DNA of 47,914 nt. Source: Candidatus Micrarchaeaceae archaeon. GTDB lineage: Archaea > Micrarchaeota > Micrarchaeia > Micrarchaeales > CABMGC01. A program made the position numbers and the translations under genes. Positions 16,179-25,954 of this stretch are shown here, one piece after another. The stretch lies in NCBI GenBank assembly GCA_038873795.1, contig JAVZDR010000001.1, positions 1 through 47,914 of the forward strand, given 5' to 3'. Numbering within the stretch: position 1 is the first letter of the stretch; the number at the start of each line of letters is the position of its first letter. Below the pieces are notes generated by a model. The model made no database searches, was not told where the DNA came from, and saw only the letters and a program-made list of their open reading frames with translations.

Positions 16179-17878
16179 GCAACTGCCTTCTTGTTCTCAA
16201 CAAAGTAATTTCCAAGGAACATGTACCTCGTGCCTGTTTTCTTCATGGTCTCTATCGCATCATCAGGGCTCATGACTATAGGCATGCCATGTATATTGAA
16301 GCTTGTGTTTAACACTACCCCATAACCCACATCTTTCGCAACGTTTTCAAGAAGGAGCCTGTAATCCTTGTTTTCATTGCCAACCATCTGCGGCCTTGCT
16401 GTCATATCAACATGCACCACTGAGCGCATGAGGTCAACCTTGTCTTTTTTTACCTCATAAGCCATAGTCATAAACTTGTCATAGCCTTTCACATCTTCAA
16501 GGAGGTCCTTCGCATTCTCAACAAGCATCGATGGCGCGAATGGCTGGAACCATTCTCTCTTTTTTACGTAAAGGTTAAGTTTGTCCTTTACAGTCTCTGA
16601 AGAAGCCTTTGCAAGTATGCTCCTGTTGCCCAGGGCCCTCGGCCCGTATTCCATCCTGCCTTGGAACCAGAAGATATAGTTGTCGTCATTTAGCAGCTCT
16701 GCTGCATGAGAGCTCTTTGCATTATCATACTCATAACTCAGATCCTTTGCCTTCTTCAGGGAGCTTTCTATCTCACTTTCTGTATACGATGGCCCAAAAT
16801 AGACATCATCGAATTTATAAGAACTTATGCCATTAAGCATATAATTTGCGTACATCGCAGCCCCCATAGCCATTCCCCCATCGCCCATGTGCGGGAAGAC
16901 GAACCACCTCTTGAGCTTTTCCAGCTTCCTTATCTTCATGTTCGCCTTTACGTTAGACATTGTGCCTCCAGCTACTGCCACATCGCCTATGCCAAACTCA
17001 TCCAAAACATTCTCGAAGAACTTCTGGAGCACCTTCTCAAGGAGCTGCTGGGCCATATAAGCAAACTGCTCCCTTGGCGTTCCCCAGCTTATCGCATCCA
17101 GCATCTTGAATTGCTTCACATGCGAGTATTTCGCTATTATATCTATGCCCTCCACTCTGAAGAAATCCTTCAGCTTGTTATCCTCGAACTTGAACGGATA
17201 CGAGTAATCAGCCATTGCCATTATCTTGCCCTCGTCCTCAAGCTCCCTCATGCCGAGTATGTTTGTGACCTGCTCATAGAAGATGCCTATCGAGTTTTTT
17301 GCGGGCAGCGCATGTTGCCTTTCTAGCCTCCCATTTTCAAGTATGCTTATGGACCCGCTGAGTCCATCGCCTAGCCCATCAAGCGTCACAACAAGCGCTT
17401 TCTTGAAGCCTGATGCGAAGGCCGCCGTAGCCGCATGCGCAGTGTGATGGTCGATAGCATAGATCTTGAAATTCTCAAATCCTGCATGCCTCAGGTTCTG
17501 CGAAACTATGGCCTTGCTTATACTGTTGCAGAGGGGCAGCACCCCTACCTGCGTCAAAGTGTACTTGAGGTAATGCCGCGCATTGTCAAAGCTCGGCCTG
17601 AGCATCTTCCTCCTTCTGTATGCGTAGTAATATTCCTTTGAGTAAGGCATTATCCTCTCAATGGTTTTTGTAAACTCTGTAGTGGGAAATGCAACTACGT
17701 CTACTTCCTTAGGTTTTATTCCTGCAAAATCGAGTGCTGCCTTTATTGAATTGTAAGGGAAATTTACCTCTAGTTTCCTCTTTGTAAATCTCTCCTCGTT
17801 TGCAGCAAACACTATCTTGTTTCCATCAAGTAGTGCGGCACCAGAATCATGACCGTCCCAGATTCCTAAAACGTACAT
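16175..17878 (-). CDS. NodU/CmcH-family carbamoyltransferase, paralog 1
   Basis: ASKHA/Kae1-like N-terminus GIWDGHDSGAAL...NEERFTKRK, DHHTAHAATAAF, TLDGLGDG, GRMEYGPRALGNRS, and C-terminal LNTSFNIHGMPIV. Confidence 0.85.
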   Translation of the reverse strand: MYVLGIWDGHDSGAALLDGNKIVFAANEERFTKRKLEVNFPYNSIKAALDFAGIKPKEVDVVAFPTTEFTKTIERIMPYSKEYYYAYRRRKMLRPSFDNARHYLKYTLTQVGVLPLCNSISKAIVSQNLRHAGFENFKIYAIDHHTAHAATAAFASGFKKALVVTLDGLGDGLSGSISILENGRLERQHALPAKNSIGIFYEQVTNILGMRELEDEGKIMAMADYSYPFKFEDNKLKDFFRVEGIDIIAKYSHVKQFKMLDAISWGTPREQFAYMAQQLLEKVLQKFFENVLDEFGIGDVAVAGGTMSNVKANMKIRKLEKLKRWFVFPHMGDGGMAMGAAMYANYMLNGISSYKFDDVYFGPSYTESEIESSLKKAKDLSYEYDNAKSSHAAELLNDDNYIFWFQGRMEYGPRALGNRSILAKASSETVKDKLNLYVKKREWFQPFAPSMLVENAKDLLEDVKGYDKFMTMAYEVKKDKVDLMRSVVHVDMTARPQMVGNENKDYRLLLENVAKDVGYGVVLNTSFNIHGMPIVMSPDDAIETMKKTGTRYMFLGNYFVENKKAVA

Positions 17879-17939
17879 TAGATCATAAGTAAATAGGATT
17901 CATCTTTTATAAATCTTTCAAGGCGTGGCCAGCGTCTAT

Positions 17940-19001
17940 CTATTTGATCATTGTTTTGATGTCCCCGACAATCGCCTGGTATGCCTCGCAAGCTGTCCAG
18001 CTCTGAGGCTCCTTGCCCTCTTTTATGATCTTCCTTACCATGTTTGCTTCATCATTGTGCCACATCCCCTCAAGGCTATATCCAAAATCCCTTATGTTGC
18101 CTATCTTCCTGCTCCACATTATTGACGGATAGACATTGCCGTAGCTGTCGAGGAAGAGCGATGCATCGAGGCTCCTGCTCTTTATCGGGCTTTTCCCGGT
18201 TCTAAGGTACTTGACAAGCAGCCTCAGGAAAGTCCCTTCTATTGCTGGTATTGATCCAAACTCGAAGCGCCTCTTCTTAATGTATGCCTCAACCTCATCA
18301 GCCATTGCGGCTGCGTTTGGCAGTATGCTTGCATCAGTGTTGTTGTAATAGATCTCTGAGAGCTGCGCCGCATTTATGTGGAAGTCATTATAGGTCACTT
18401 CAGGTATATCCTTCTTTACCTCCTCATATGTCTTCTCAAGCATTCCTTGGTTCATGCTGCTCATGGTATAGCCAAAAACGACGAATAGATTCTTGCGCTT
18501 TTCCTTGAGCGCCTTTAGCCTCCTGAACATCTCTATCGCTTTGTCGTAGTTGCCCTTAACTCCTCTTATCTCATCATGGAGCTCCCTATAGCCGTCCAGG
18601 CTAACTGTGATAGAGAGCCTTGGAAGCCCAAGATCAAGCATCTGCTCTATCTTTGATATTACCATATCATGGTTTGTTAGCGAATTGGTTGGTATGGTAA
18701 CTATATAAAGGCCCTTTGAATTCTCGTAGAAGGCCCTGACAATCTCTACTATATCGCTTCTCAGGAAGGGCTCGCCACCGGTTATCTCTATCCACCTGAA
18801 CGACCTGTTTTTCCTTGCAAACTCCCTTATCTCATCTATGCTGAGCTCGCCCTTTGGCTTAAGCTGCCATATGTTGCACGTCTTGCACCTGGAATTGCAC
18901 AAATACGATATCGCGAAGGTGAGCTTGTAAGGCTGCTTGAGCTGGGAAAAATTGCTCCTCAGCGCTGTCATTCCAAGTCCAATAAACTTCTTAAAACTCA
19001 C
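17940..19001 (-). CDS. radical SAM enzyme with degenerate SPASM/twitch-like C-terminal domain
   Basis: CNSRCKTCNIW (CxxxCxxC) and ITGGEPFL. The C-terminal SRSLDASLFLDSYGNVYPS fits the SPASM Cx9-15Gx4C spacing, but with Ser at both Cys positions. Confidence 0.85.
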   Translation of the reverse strand: MSFKKFIGLGMTALRSNFSQLKQPYKLTFAISYLCNSRCKTCNIWQLKPKGELSIDEIREFARKNRSFRWIEITGGEPFLRSDIVEIVRAFYENSKGLYIVTIPTNSLTNHDMVISKIEQMLDLGLPRLSITVSLDGYRELHDEIRGVKGNYDKAIEMFRRLKALKEKRKNLFVVFGYTMSSMNQGMLEKTYEEVKKDIPEVTYNDFHINAAQLSEIYYNNTDASILPNAAAMADEVEAYIKKRRFEFGSIPAIEGTFLRLLVKYLRTGKSPIKSRSLDASLFLDSYGNVYPSIMWSRKIGNIRDFGYSLEGMWHNDEANMVRKIIKEGKEPQSWTACEAYQAIVGDIKTMIK

Positions 19002-19017
19002 AATGCCCCCTCAATAA

Positions 19018-19048
19018 CTTAATTAAGCTTTCTTAATATATAAATATT
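19018..19048. promoter_or_regulatory. divergent promoter region (two TATA-like boxes) between the radical SAM and GT2 genes
   Basis: CTTAATTAAG lies about 26 nt from the minus-strand start (19001). TTAATATATAAATATT lies about 26 nt from the plus-strand start (19069). Both mRNAs are probably leaderless. Confidence 0.45.
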
Positions 19049-19068
19049 GCTCCGTCTAAGGTCAGTCC

Positions 19069-19752
19069 ATGCAAGCAAAAAGACCCTATATATCGATTGT
19101 GATACCAACGTTAAATGAGGCCAAGAACATAGGCATTGTTATAAGCAATGTAAAAAAGGCGCTTGATGGCTACAGCTACGAGATAATTGTCGTGGACAAG
19201 CACTCGAAGGACAACACCGCGGGCATAGCAAGGCGCCTTGGCGCGAGGGTCTTATACGACGATATTGGAAAGGGATCCGCACTGATAAAAGGCATGACTG
19301 CAAGCAAGGGCTCGATAATAATCTCAATGGATGCTGACCTTTCGCACAGGGCTAACGAACTCAAGCTGCTCATAACTGCGATAGAGGCTGGCTATGACAT
19401 AGCTATGGGCTCAAGGTTCATAATGGGCGGCGGCACTGAGGACATGCCGCTGATAAGGAAGATAGGAAACAAGTTCTTCGTGGGCCTTGTCAATCTTCTC
19501 TTCCATGCAAACTACACAGACATGTGCTACGGCTATAGAAGCTTTAGAAGGGGGGTGCTACAAAAGCTCAACCTAAATGAACTCGGCTTCGGGATAGAAA
19601 CTGAGATAAACATAAAAGCGATGAAGAAAGGGCTCAATGTCATAGAGATACCGAGCTTCGAGAAGAAGCGTGCATCCGGAAGCGGTAACCTAAGGACATT
19701 CAGGGATGGCTACATAATCCTAAAGACCATTCTCAAGAACTTAGGTAGCTAG
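19069..19752 (+). CDS. GT2 glycosyltransferase, dolichyl-phosphate hexose synthase-like (Dpm1/AglD-like)
   Basis: SIVIPTLNE, IIVVDKHSKDNT and SMDADLSH (DxD). 227 aa, soluble. Confidence 0.85.
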   Translation: MQAKRPYISIVIPTLNEAKNIGIVISNVKKALDGYSYEIIVVDKHSKDNTAGIARRLGARVLYDDIGKGSALIKGMTASKGSIIISMDADLSHRANELKLLITAIEAGYDIAMGSRFIMGGGTEDMPLIRKIGNKFFVGLVNLLFHANYTDMCYGYRSFRRGVLQKLNLNELGFGIETEINIKAMKKGLNVIEIPSFEKKRASGSGNLRTFRDGYIILKTILKNLGS

Positions 19753-20810
19753 TCGAGCCAGTCTGAGATCCCTTTCTGCCTCTCATTCATCCTTATTGTG
19801 ACGAGTTTGTCTGCAAATTTCGAAATCCTTTCTGCTGAGAACCCATGGAGGTCGCACATGAACCTCAGTATTGCCTCCTTGTCAGGCTGGCCCTCCCTAA
19901 TGCGTCTGTTGAGCTCTTCAACGCTCATCTCCGCGACTTCAGGCTCTTTGAAGATCCTAACAACATCCTCTACGCCCCCAGCCAGGTTTGTGCCATATTT
20001 GCTGTCTACATACTTGACAACGCTCTCAATGCTCTCATGCTCCCTCACTATCCTAAGCGCGGTCTTTGGGCCTATGCCCTTGACGCCGTCGTTGAAGTCT
20101 GTCCCGACAAGCACCCCCAGCCATATCAGTTTGTCAAGGTTTATTGAAAAATGCCTTAGAAGCTTCTCAAGCTCTATGAATTCTGGCGCCACTTCCACAT
20201 ACACATTCTTCTTCGGCAGCTTCCTCCTTCCGGTTATTGCTATATTCCTAATCACATACCTGGAATCAAAGAGGAGCGTGTCATAATCCTGGCTTGCAAC
20301 CGCGTATGCCATTCCATTTTTAACCATGTATGCCGCCTGGGCTTCTCCCTCAGCCGGAGCCTGTATATATGCAATGCCCATATCCTTCAGCAGCTCCTTC
20401 GCGCTCTCAACTATCTGCTTGTTTATCCTGCTGCTGGCCATGGCGTGCATCCTCGCCTCTTCCGCAAGGCCCTTCTCCTTTGCCTCCTGCCATTCCTCAT
20501 ATGCTTTCTCCCGCCTCTCCATCCTTGCTTCTATGGTCTTTTTCTTGAGCGCTGGAGGTATCCCATCAAAAACAAATATGGGGGTTATGCCCTGCTCTAT
20601 CAGGTTTATTGTCCTATAGAAGAGCCCGCTCAGGTGGCTTGTCACCATACCTTTTGAATCGAGGAGGGGCGTGCCGTCAGGCTGCCTTATTATTGAAAGG
20701 AATTGGTAGATTGTGTTATATGCATCTATCGCTAGCCTCTTGCCGCCGAGCTCTGATAGCTCTATATTTTCTTTGACCTCAGCAACAAGAGGTCCGAGAG
20801 CTACAGCCAT
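19749..20810 (-). CDS. fen: flap endonuclease 1
   Basis: N-domain LAIDAYNTIYQF, I-domain QAPAEGEAQAAYM, and H3TH GTDFNDGVKGIGPKTA. Confidence 0.95.
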   Translation of the reverse strand: MAVALGPLVAEVKENIELSELGGKRLAIDAYNTIYQFLSIIRQPDGTPLLDSKGMVTSHLSGLFYRTINLIEQGITPIFVFDGIPPALKKKTIEARMERREKAYEEWQEAKEKGLAEEARMHAMASSRINKQIVESAKELLKDMGIAYIQAPAEGEAQAAYMVKNGMAYAVASQDYDTLLFDSRYVIRNIAITGRRKLPKKNVYVEVAPEFIELEKLLRHFSINLDKLIWLGVLVGTDFNDGVKGIGPKTALRIVREHESIESVVKYVDSKYGTNLAGGVEDVVRIFKEPEVAEMSVEELNRRIREGQPDKEAILRFMCDLHGFSAERISKFADKLVTIRMNERQKGISDWLD

Positions 20811-21290
20811 TCAATTGCCCTTCTCATGCTTCTCCTTCTTTATTGCAGCATCGCCAAGCGTTATGGGCTGGCTGCGCCAGCCGCTTATGTGCTCGCTGCC
20901 CTCCTCGCTTGCCACAGTGAGCTTGATTCCAAGCTCCCTCTCAAGCTTCTTTGTGAGGCCCACGCTCGGTAGCATCTTCTCCTCCTCAACCCTGAGCAAG
21001 GTGCTCTCCTTCTCGTTTATCTTTTCGGCAAGCACATTGAGCGGTATGCCAAGGCCATTCCTGGCTTTGCGTATTGCTTCACCATAATGCTCTATCATTT
21101 CGCTTGGCTGGTCGCTGGCAGCTTTAGCAGGACCATGGTGCTTTGCTGCGCCATTTTCAGGGGCAGAGATAATCTTTTTGCCTTTCGCGCACTCGCTGCA
21201 GACGCGCATCTCCGCACCCTCTATCTCTATTACATAAATCTTCTCGGTCTCCGCACCGCATATCTCGCAGCTTTCCATAAAACCAACCAT
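20811..21290 (-). CDS. mbf1: archaeal multiprotein bridging factor 1 (Zn-ribbon + XRE-type HTH)
   Basis: CEICGAE...CSECA zinc ribbon. HTH IRKARNGLGIPLNVLAEKINEKESTLLRVE. C-terminal TLGD motif. Directly abuts fen. Confidence 0.85.
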   Translation of the reverse strand: MVGFMESCEICGAETEKIYVIEIEGAEMRVCSECAKGKKIISAPENGAAKHHGPAKAASDQPSEMIEHYGEAIRKARNGLGIPLNVLAEKINEKESTLLRVEEEKMLPSVGLTKKLERELGIKLTVASEEGSEHISGWRSQPITLGDAAIKKEKHEKGN

Positions 21291-21343
21291 TATTCTAACT
21301 TTACTCTTAATCTTATATATTTTTTCGTTGCAATTAGCATGCT

Positions 21344-22813
21344 ATGCAAAGTACTCAGCGCCTTGCGCACATTAAAAAATACTCGCTGCCGCTGAGCATT
21401 GCCGCCGCGTTTTTGGCAGTGCTGTTCGTCTATGCCATGTATCTCAGCAGCGCTGGCATCCTTGCAAGGTGGGTTGCCTCGCTCTTAGTTCTCCTTCTCT
21501 GCGGCGAGATAATAATGCTCCTCAACGGCTTCAAAGGCATCTATGGCATATACATGATTGGCAGCAGGCGCGGCATAGCTTTCATAGACAATCTCTCAAA
21601 GAATCACAAGGCATTCTGGAGCGCGCTTGCAGACTGGGGCCTTGTTGTAAGCCTAGGTTTTTTTGCATATCCCCTTCTGAGAAAAGGGCAGCATCCCAAG
21701 CGTATGCTCATTTTCGGCATAGCAACACTGCTCGCGCTGCTTTTGCTCGTGATGCCAAATCTATCTTACTCTATGCAGTTCATCAACCTGCCCCAAATAA
21801 GCAGCAGGATAGCGAGCGAGGCGGTAGCCTCTGCGCAGGCCACAGGCTTAAACTACCTCTCATATGCGATATACATAGTAACGCTCATTGGAGGATTTGC
21901 AACATTCACATTACTTGTTATACTTGAGAATGCTGCAAGCATACTCTACGGCATTGCCATCTTTCTCGCCTCTGTTGCGGCCTCGCATCCGAATCCTGGT
22001 GCACTGAGCTCCCAAATACCGGGCGTAGCCCCTGTAATACCAGGCATAACAATACCCCTTTTTGCAGGTATAATATCATTGTTCATACTCCTCTTTCTAC
22101 ATGAGTTTTCCCATGGAATACTCGCAAGGCAGGCCAAAGTGAAGCTCAAATCCATAGGCATAGCCATATTCGGCATAATACCTGTTGGTGCATTCGTCGA
22201 GCCTGACGAAAAAGAGATAAGGAAGCTGCCAAAGATGAAGCAGATAAGGATACTCATTGCGGGGGTTTCCTCAAACCTGCTTGCCTCAATAGCCTTCTTT
22301 GCGCTGATGATGCTCTTCGTTGTTTATGTGCTTCCCGGTATCATGACCTACCATGTAATTGTTGAAGGAACATTGCCTGGCTATCCCGCAAATGGCATCA
22401 TAGCGCCAGGCTCAACCATATTGGAATGGAATGGTTATGCCATAAAGAACATAACAAGCTTTACTGTTGCCGCTAAGAATGACAAACCCTATTCATCAAT
22501 TAGCGTATTAACAGACAAGGGCTCATACAGGTTTACCACAAACGAAACCGGCAAAATAGGCGTTTATGTAGAGCAGGTCAGCACTCCCAAAGCAGGCATA
22601 CTATCTGGCAGTGCAAACTTCCTATACATGGTCTTCGCGCTTTCATTCCTCCTGAATTTCCTTGTTGCAGTTGTGAACCTTCTGCCCATACCAGGATTCG
22701 ATGGATGGCGCATATACCAGCTAAACATAAGCAAGCGCGCCCTGAATGTGCTTGCCATAATAATAGTCTTGGCCCTCCTCGCAAATGTGCTGCCATGGCT
22801 CTGGCTCAAGTGA
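21344..22813 (+). CDS. site-2 protease family (M50) membrane metalloprotease with PDZ-like insert
   Basis: HEFSHG (HExxH) inside a TM helix, and a second motif NLLPIPGFDG. Polytopic. Confidence 0.85.
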   Translation: MQSTQRLAHIKKYSLPLSIAAAFLAVLFVYAMYLSSAGILARWVASLLVLLLCGEIIMLLNGFKGIYGIYMIGSRRGIAFIDNLSKNHKAFWSALADWGLVVSLGFFAYPLLRKGQHPKRMLIFGIATLLALLLLVMPNLSYSMQFINLPQISSRIASEAVASAQATGLNYLSYAIYIVTLIGGFATFTLLVILENAASILYGIAIFLASVAASHPNPGALSSQIPGVAPVIPGITIPLFAGIISLFILLFLHEFSHGILARQAKVKLKSIGIAIFGIIPVGAFVEPDEKEIRKLPKMKQIRILIAGVSSNLLASIAFFALMMLFVVYVLPGIMTYHVIVEGTLPGYPANGIIAPGSTILEWNGYAIKNITSFTVAAKNDKPYSSISVLTDKGSYRFTTNETGKIGVYVEQVSTPKAGILSGSANFLYMVFALSFLLNFLVAVVNLLPIPGFDGWRIYQLNISKRALNVLAIIIVLALLANVLPWLWLK

Positions 22814-22875
22814 AGAGCGCAATGCTTTTTAAGATGTTGCCGCAAAATAATAATGAAAAGCAATTCATGATCTAA

Positions 22876-24867
22876 ATGAAAAAGTTCAAGACTACCAATG
22901 ATATAAAAATACCCGAGAGGCTTATCGACCAGGTGATAGGGCAGGACAATGCCGTAGACATAGTGAAAAAGGCGGCCAAGCAGCACAGGCATGTCCTCCT
23001 CATAGGCGAACCAGGAATAGGCAAGACGATGCTTGCGCAGGCAATGGCTGACCTGCTTTCTGCGACTGACCTCGAAGACGTCCTTGCATATAAGAATCCG
23101 AACGACGAAAATAGGCCCATAATAAAAGCCGTAAAGACCTACCCGAATCCGATAGAACCGGGAAAGCCGCTCGGTGACGGCCAGGGCAGGCAGATAATTC
23201 AGAAGGAAAGGCTTAGGAACAGGACAGACCTCGACCATGGCAGCTCTCCTGTGCTTTCAATAATAATCCTACTTGTAATAATACTTTTCGGACTCTCTCT
23301 TCTTGGCTTATTCCACGGCTATGAGATAGTGGTAATTGCGGCACTGATACTCGGCATACTCTTCCTTGGAGCAATACTAATTTTCACGAGTGGCGTGACA
23401 AGACATGGAATGGGCCTTTTCCCTGGCGCATTCGAATCCAATATACCAAAGCTTATAGTAGACAACACCGGTCTTACCCACGCGCCATTCATAGATGCGA
23501 CAGGTTCCAGGGCAGGTGCTATATTTGGCGATGTCAAGCACGATCCTTTGCAGTCAGGTGGCCTTGGAACTCCAGCTCATCTTCGTGTCGAAGCCGGCGC
23601 TATCCACAGGGCTAACCACGGCGTGCTCTTCATAGATGAGATTGCAAGCCTTGACCTCAAGTGGCAGCAGGAGCTGCTTACAGCAATGCAAGAGAAAAAG
23701 TATCCTATAACTGGGCAGAGTGAGCTCAGCTCAGGCTCCATGGTCAGGACTGATCCTGTGCCTTCAGATTTCATACTTGTCGCTGCGGGCAACCTTCAAG
23801 ACATTCAAAAGATGCACCCTGCCCTAAGGTCCAGGATACGCGGCTACGGTTATGAAGTATACATGGATTCATCGATGCCCGATACCGAGAGAAACCGCGA
23901 GCTCCTAGTGCAGTTCATAGCGCAGGAAATAAAAAAGGATGGCAAGATACCGCCATTTGACTATGACGCATGCATGGAAGTAGTAAACGAGGCAAGGAGG
24001 AGGAGCGACAGGAAGGGCAGGCTGACCCTTGTGCTAAGGGACCTCGGAGGCTTGATAAGGGCATCCGGCGACATAGCTCTGAACAAGGGCAGGAAGATTG
24101 TAACAAAAGAAGATGTTATAGAAGCTAAGAAGTTCGCAAGGCCAATAGAGGCGCAGTTCGTAGACCAAGCACTCGAGTATAGGAAGAGCTACAACGTGTT
24201 TTCGACAAAGGGCTTTTCGATAGGCAGAGTCAATGGCCTTGCCATAATAGGCTCGTCCCAGCTCTCAGCAGGAGTGATAGTTCCAATTGTATCAGAGGTG
24301 ACGCAGGCCAGCTCAAGGGCAGAGGGTAAGCTCATAGCAACAGGCAAGCTCGGCAAGATAGCGCAGGAAGCTGTAAAGAATATAAGCGCAGTTATAAAGC
24401 GCCACATGGACAGAGATATAGCAAGCTATGACATACACGTGCAGTTCATCCAAACTTACGAGGGTGTAGAAGGTGACAGCGCAAGCGTTTCAGTTGCGGT
24501 AAGCGTCATTTCAGCAATGGAGGGCATGCCTGTTGACCAGTCTGTGGCAATGACAGGCTCGCTTTCAGTGCGCGGCGACGTGCTGCCAGTTGGCGGCATA
24601 ACGAGCAAGGTCGAGGCTGCAATAGATGCAGGACTCAAGACAGTGATAGTGCCCAAGAGCAATGTTGCTGATATCTATATCTCAAAGGACAAGCTGAAGA
24701 GGATCAAAGTAGTCGCTGTGAAGAACATAGCAGACGTGATAGAAAACTCGATAAAGAAGAGTCCGAGAAGGGATGCAATGATAAAGGAGCTTAGGAGGTA
24801 CATAACCACAGACTATGCTGAAAGGGCGCCGCTCATAGTAAGCAGTGACAAAAATGGAAAGCAGTAG
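22876..24867 (+). CDS. lonB: archaeal membrane-bound Lon protease (LonB)
   Basis: Walker A GEPGIGKT. Two TM helices inserted in the AAA+ domain ([20 protein letters not shown]..., [19 protein letters not shown]). Protease Ser in GDSASVS and Lys in KVEAAIDAG. Confidence 0.95.
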   Translation: MKKFKTTNDIKIPERLIDQVIGQDNAVDIVKKAAKQHRHVLLIGEPGIGKTMLAQAMADLLSATDLEDVLAYKNPNDENRPIIKAVKTYPNPIEPGKPLGDGQGRQIIQKERLRNRTDLDHGSSPVLSIIILLVIILFGLSLLGLFHGYEIVVIAALILGILFLGAILIFTSGVTRHGMGLFPGAFESNIPKLIVDNTGLTHAPFIDATGSRAGAIFGDVKHDPLQSGGLGTPAHLRVEAGAIHRANHGVLFIDEIASLDLKWQQELLTAMQEKKYPITGQSELSSGSMVRTDPVPSDFILVAAGNLQDIQKMHPALRSRIRGYGYEVYMDSSMPDTERNRELLVQFIAQEIKKDGKIPPFDYDACMEVVNEARRRSDRKGRLTLVLRDLGGLIRASGDIALNKGRKIVTKEDVIEAKKFARPIEAQFVDQALEYRKSYNVFSTKGFSIGRVNGLAIIGSSQLSAGVIVPIVSEVTQASSRAEGKLIATGKLGKIAQEAVKNISAVIKRHMDRDIASYDIHVQFIQTYEGVEGDSASVSVAVSVISAMEGMPVDQSVAMTGSLSVRGDVLPVGGITSKVEAAIDAGLKTVIVPKSNVADIYISKDKLKRIKVVAVKNIADVIENSIKKSPRRDAMIKELRRYITTDYAERAPLIVSSDKNGKQ

Positions 24868-25954
24868 CACTCCGAAGGCCAAGCTTGAGGCGCTTGGCAA
24901 TAAGATACTTGCAGACATAAAATCCGGTAGGAACCCGAGCTTCGTGACCCTTGCTAGGACAAGGTCCAACATAATATATGACAGGAAGGACGGCTACCTG
25001 CGGCTCAAGGGCGGAAAGGAGGAAAGAACCTTCGTCAATGTCGCCCAGGCCAAGAAGTTCATGCAGACAATGGCTGTAGCGTCAAGGTGCCACAAGTTCA
25101 TAAACGAGAATCTACACACAACTATAAGAGGCCTCTTCTACCAGCTCAAGTTCTCGCTTGGCGAGGACATAGAAGAAAACATGTTCAATGAGCAGAGCGA
25201 ATCCAATCCGCTTATCGAGGACTTAGAAGCGTCGCTTGACGTGAAAAGGGAGGACCTCAATCTAAACGCCAATAGGAAGGGAGTCCTTGCAGGAAACATA
25301 AAAGTGATAGACAGATTCGGCGAAGGCCAGGTCGAGATAGACTGCAGCAAGCAAGGCAGGAGCGGCTGGGCCATACCAAGCGACGTCGACAACGAGATAG
25401 AGTTTGTCGACATGAAGGCAAAGTACGTGCTTGTTGTGGAGAAAGACGCTCTGTGGCAGAGGCTGAATGAGGATGGCTTCTGGAAGAAGGAAAATGCCAT
25501 ACTTATCACGCCGCAGGGCCAGGCCTCAAGGGGTGCAAGGCGCCTCATAAGGAAGCTGGCAGACATGGGTCTGCCCATATATGTGTTCACAGATTCTGAT
25601 TCATGGGGCTGGTATATATACTGGACTATAAAGACAGGCAGCATAAACCTTGCATATATAGCCAAGAACATAGCGACTCCTGAAGCAAGATTCATAGGCG
25701 TTACCATATCAGACCTGCAGAGATACGACTTCTTGAAGAAGCTTACCATAAGGGCGACCGAGATGGACACAAGGAGGGCGCAGGAGATGCTCAATTACGA
25801 ATGGATAAAGCAGCATGAGGAGTGGCGTTCAGAGCTTCAGACGATGATAAAGACCAAGGTAAAGCTTGAGCAGGATGCGTTGCAGGCGCCGAGACTGACT
25901 TTCGTCGACGATTACATAAGGGAGAAGATAAAGAATAAGGAATTCATGCCTTAG
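24845..25954 (+). CDS. top6A: DNA topoisomerase VI subunit A (Spo11 homolog)
   Basis: Winged-helix region with RGLFYQL (catalytic Tyr context). Toprim [11 protein letters not shown] and [11 protein letters not shown]. Start overlaps the lonB 3' end (23 nt, or 14 nt from the second ATG). Confidence 0.95.
   Translation: MTKMESSSTPKAKLEALGNKILADIKSGRNPSFVTLARTRSNIIYDRKDGYLRLKGGKEERTFVNVAQAKKFMQTMAVASRCHKFINENLHTTIRGLFYQLKFSLGEDIEENMFNEQSESNPLIEDLEASLDVKREDLNLNANRKGVLAGNIKVIDRFGEGQVEIDCSKQGRSGWAIPSDVDNEIEFVDMKAKYVLVVEKDALWQRLNEDGFWKKENAILITPQGQASRGARRLIRKLADMGLPIYVFTDSDSWGWYIYWTIKTGSINLAYIAKNIATPEARFIGVTISDLQRYDFLKKLTIRATEMDTRRAQEMLNYEWIKQHEEWRSELQTMIKTKVKLEQDALQAPRLTFVDDYIREKIKNKEFMP

Noticed and set aside
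16706-17326. Long antisense ORFs nested inside confident genes (also 2483..2905, 25138..25794, 30336..30854, 37460..38068, 40231..40767, 41503..41973)
   Set aside because: Each lies fully within a gene that has strong family motifs on the other strand. Their translations are Ser/Leu/Pro/Cys/His-biased with no motifs, which is typical of shadow ORFs.
21344-24867. M50 site-2 protease adjacent to LonB as a dedicated proteolytic cascade system
   Set aside because: Both are near-universal archaeal housekeeping membrane proteases with separate promoters (62-nt AT-rich spacer). There is no anti-sigma-like or substrate gene nearby, so adjacency alone is insufficient.
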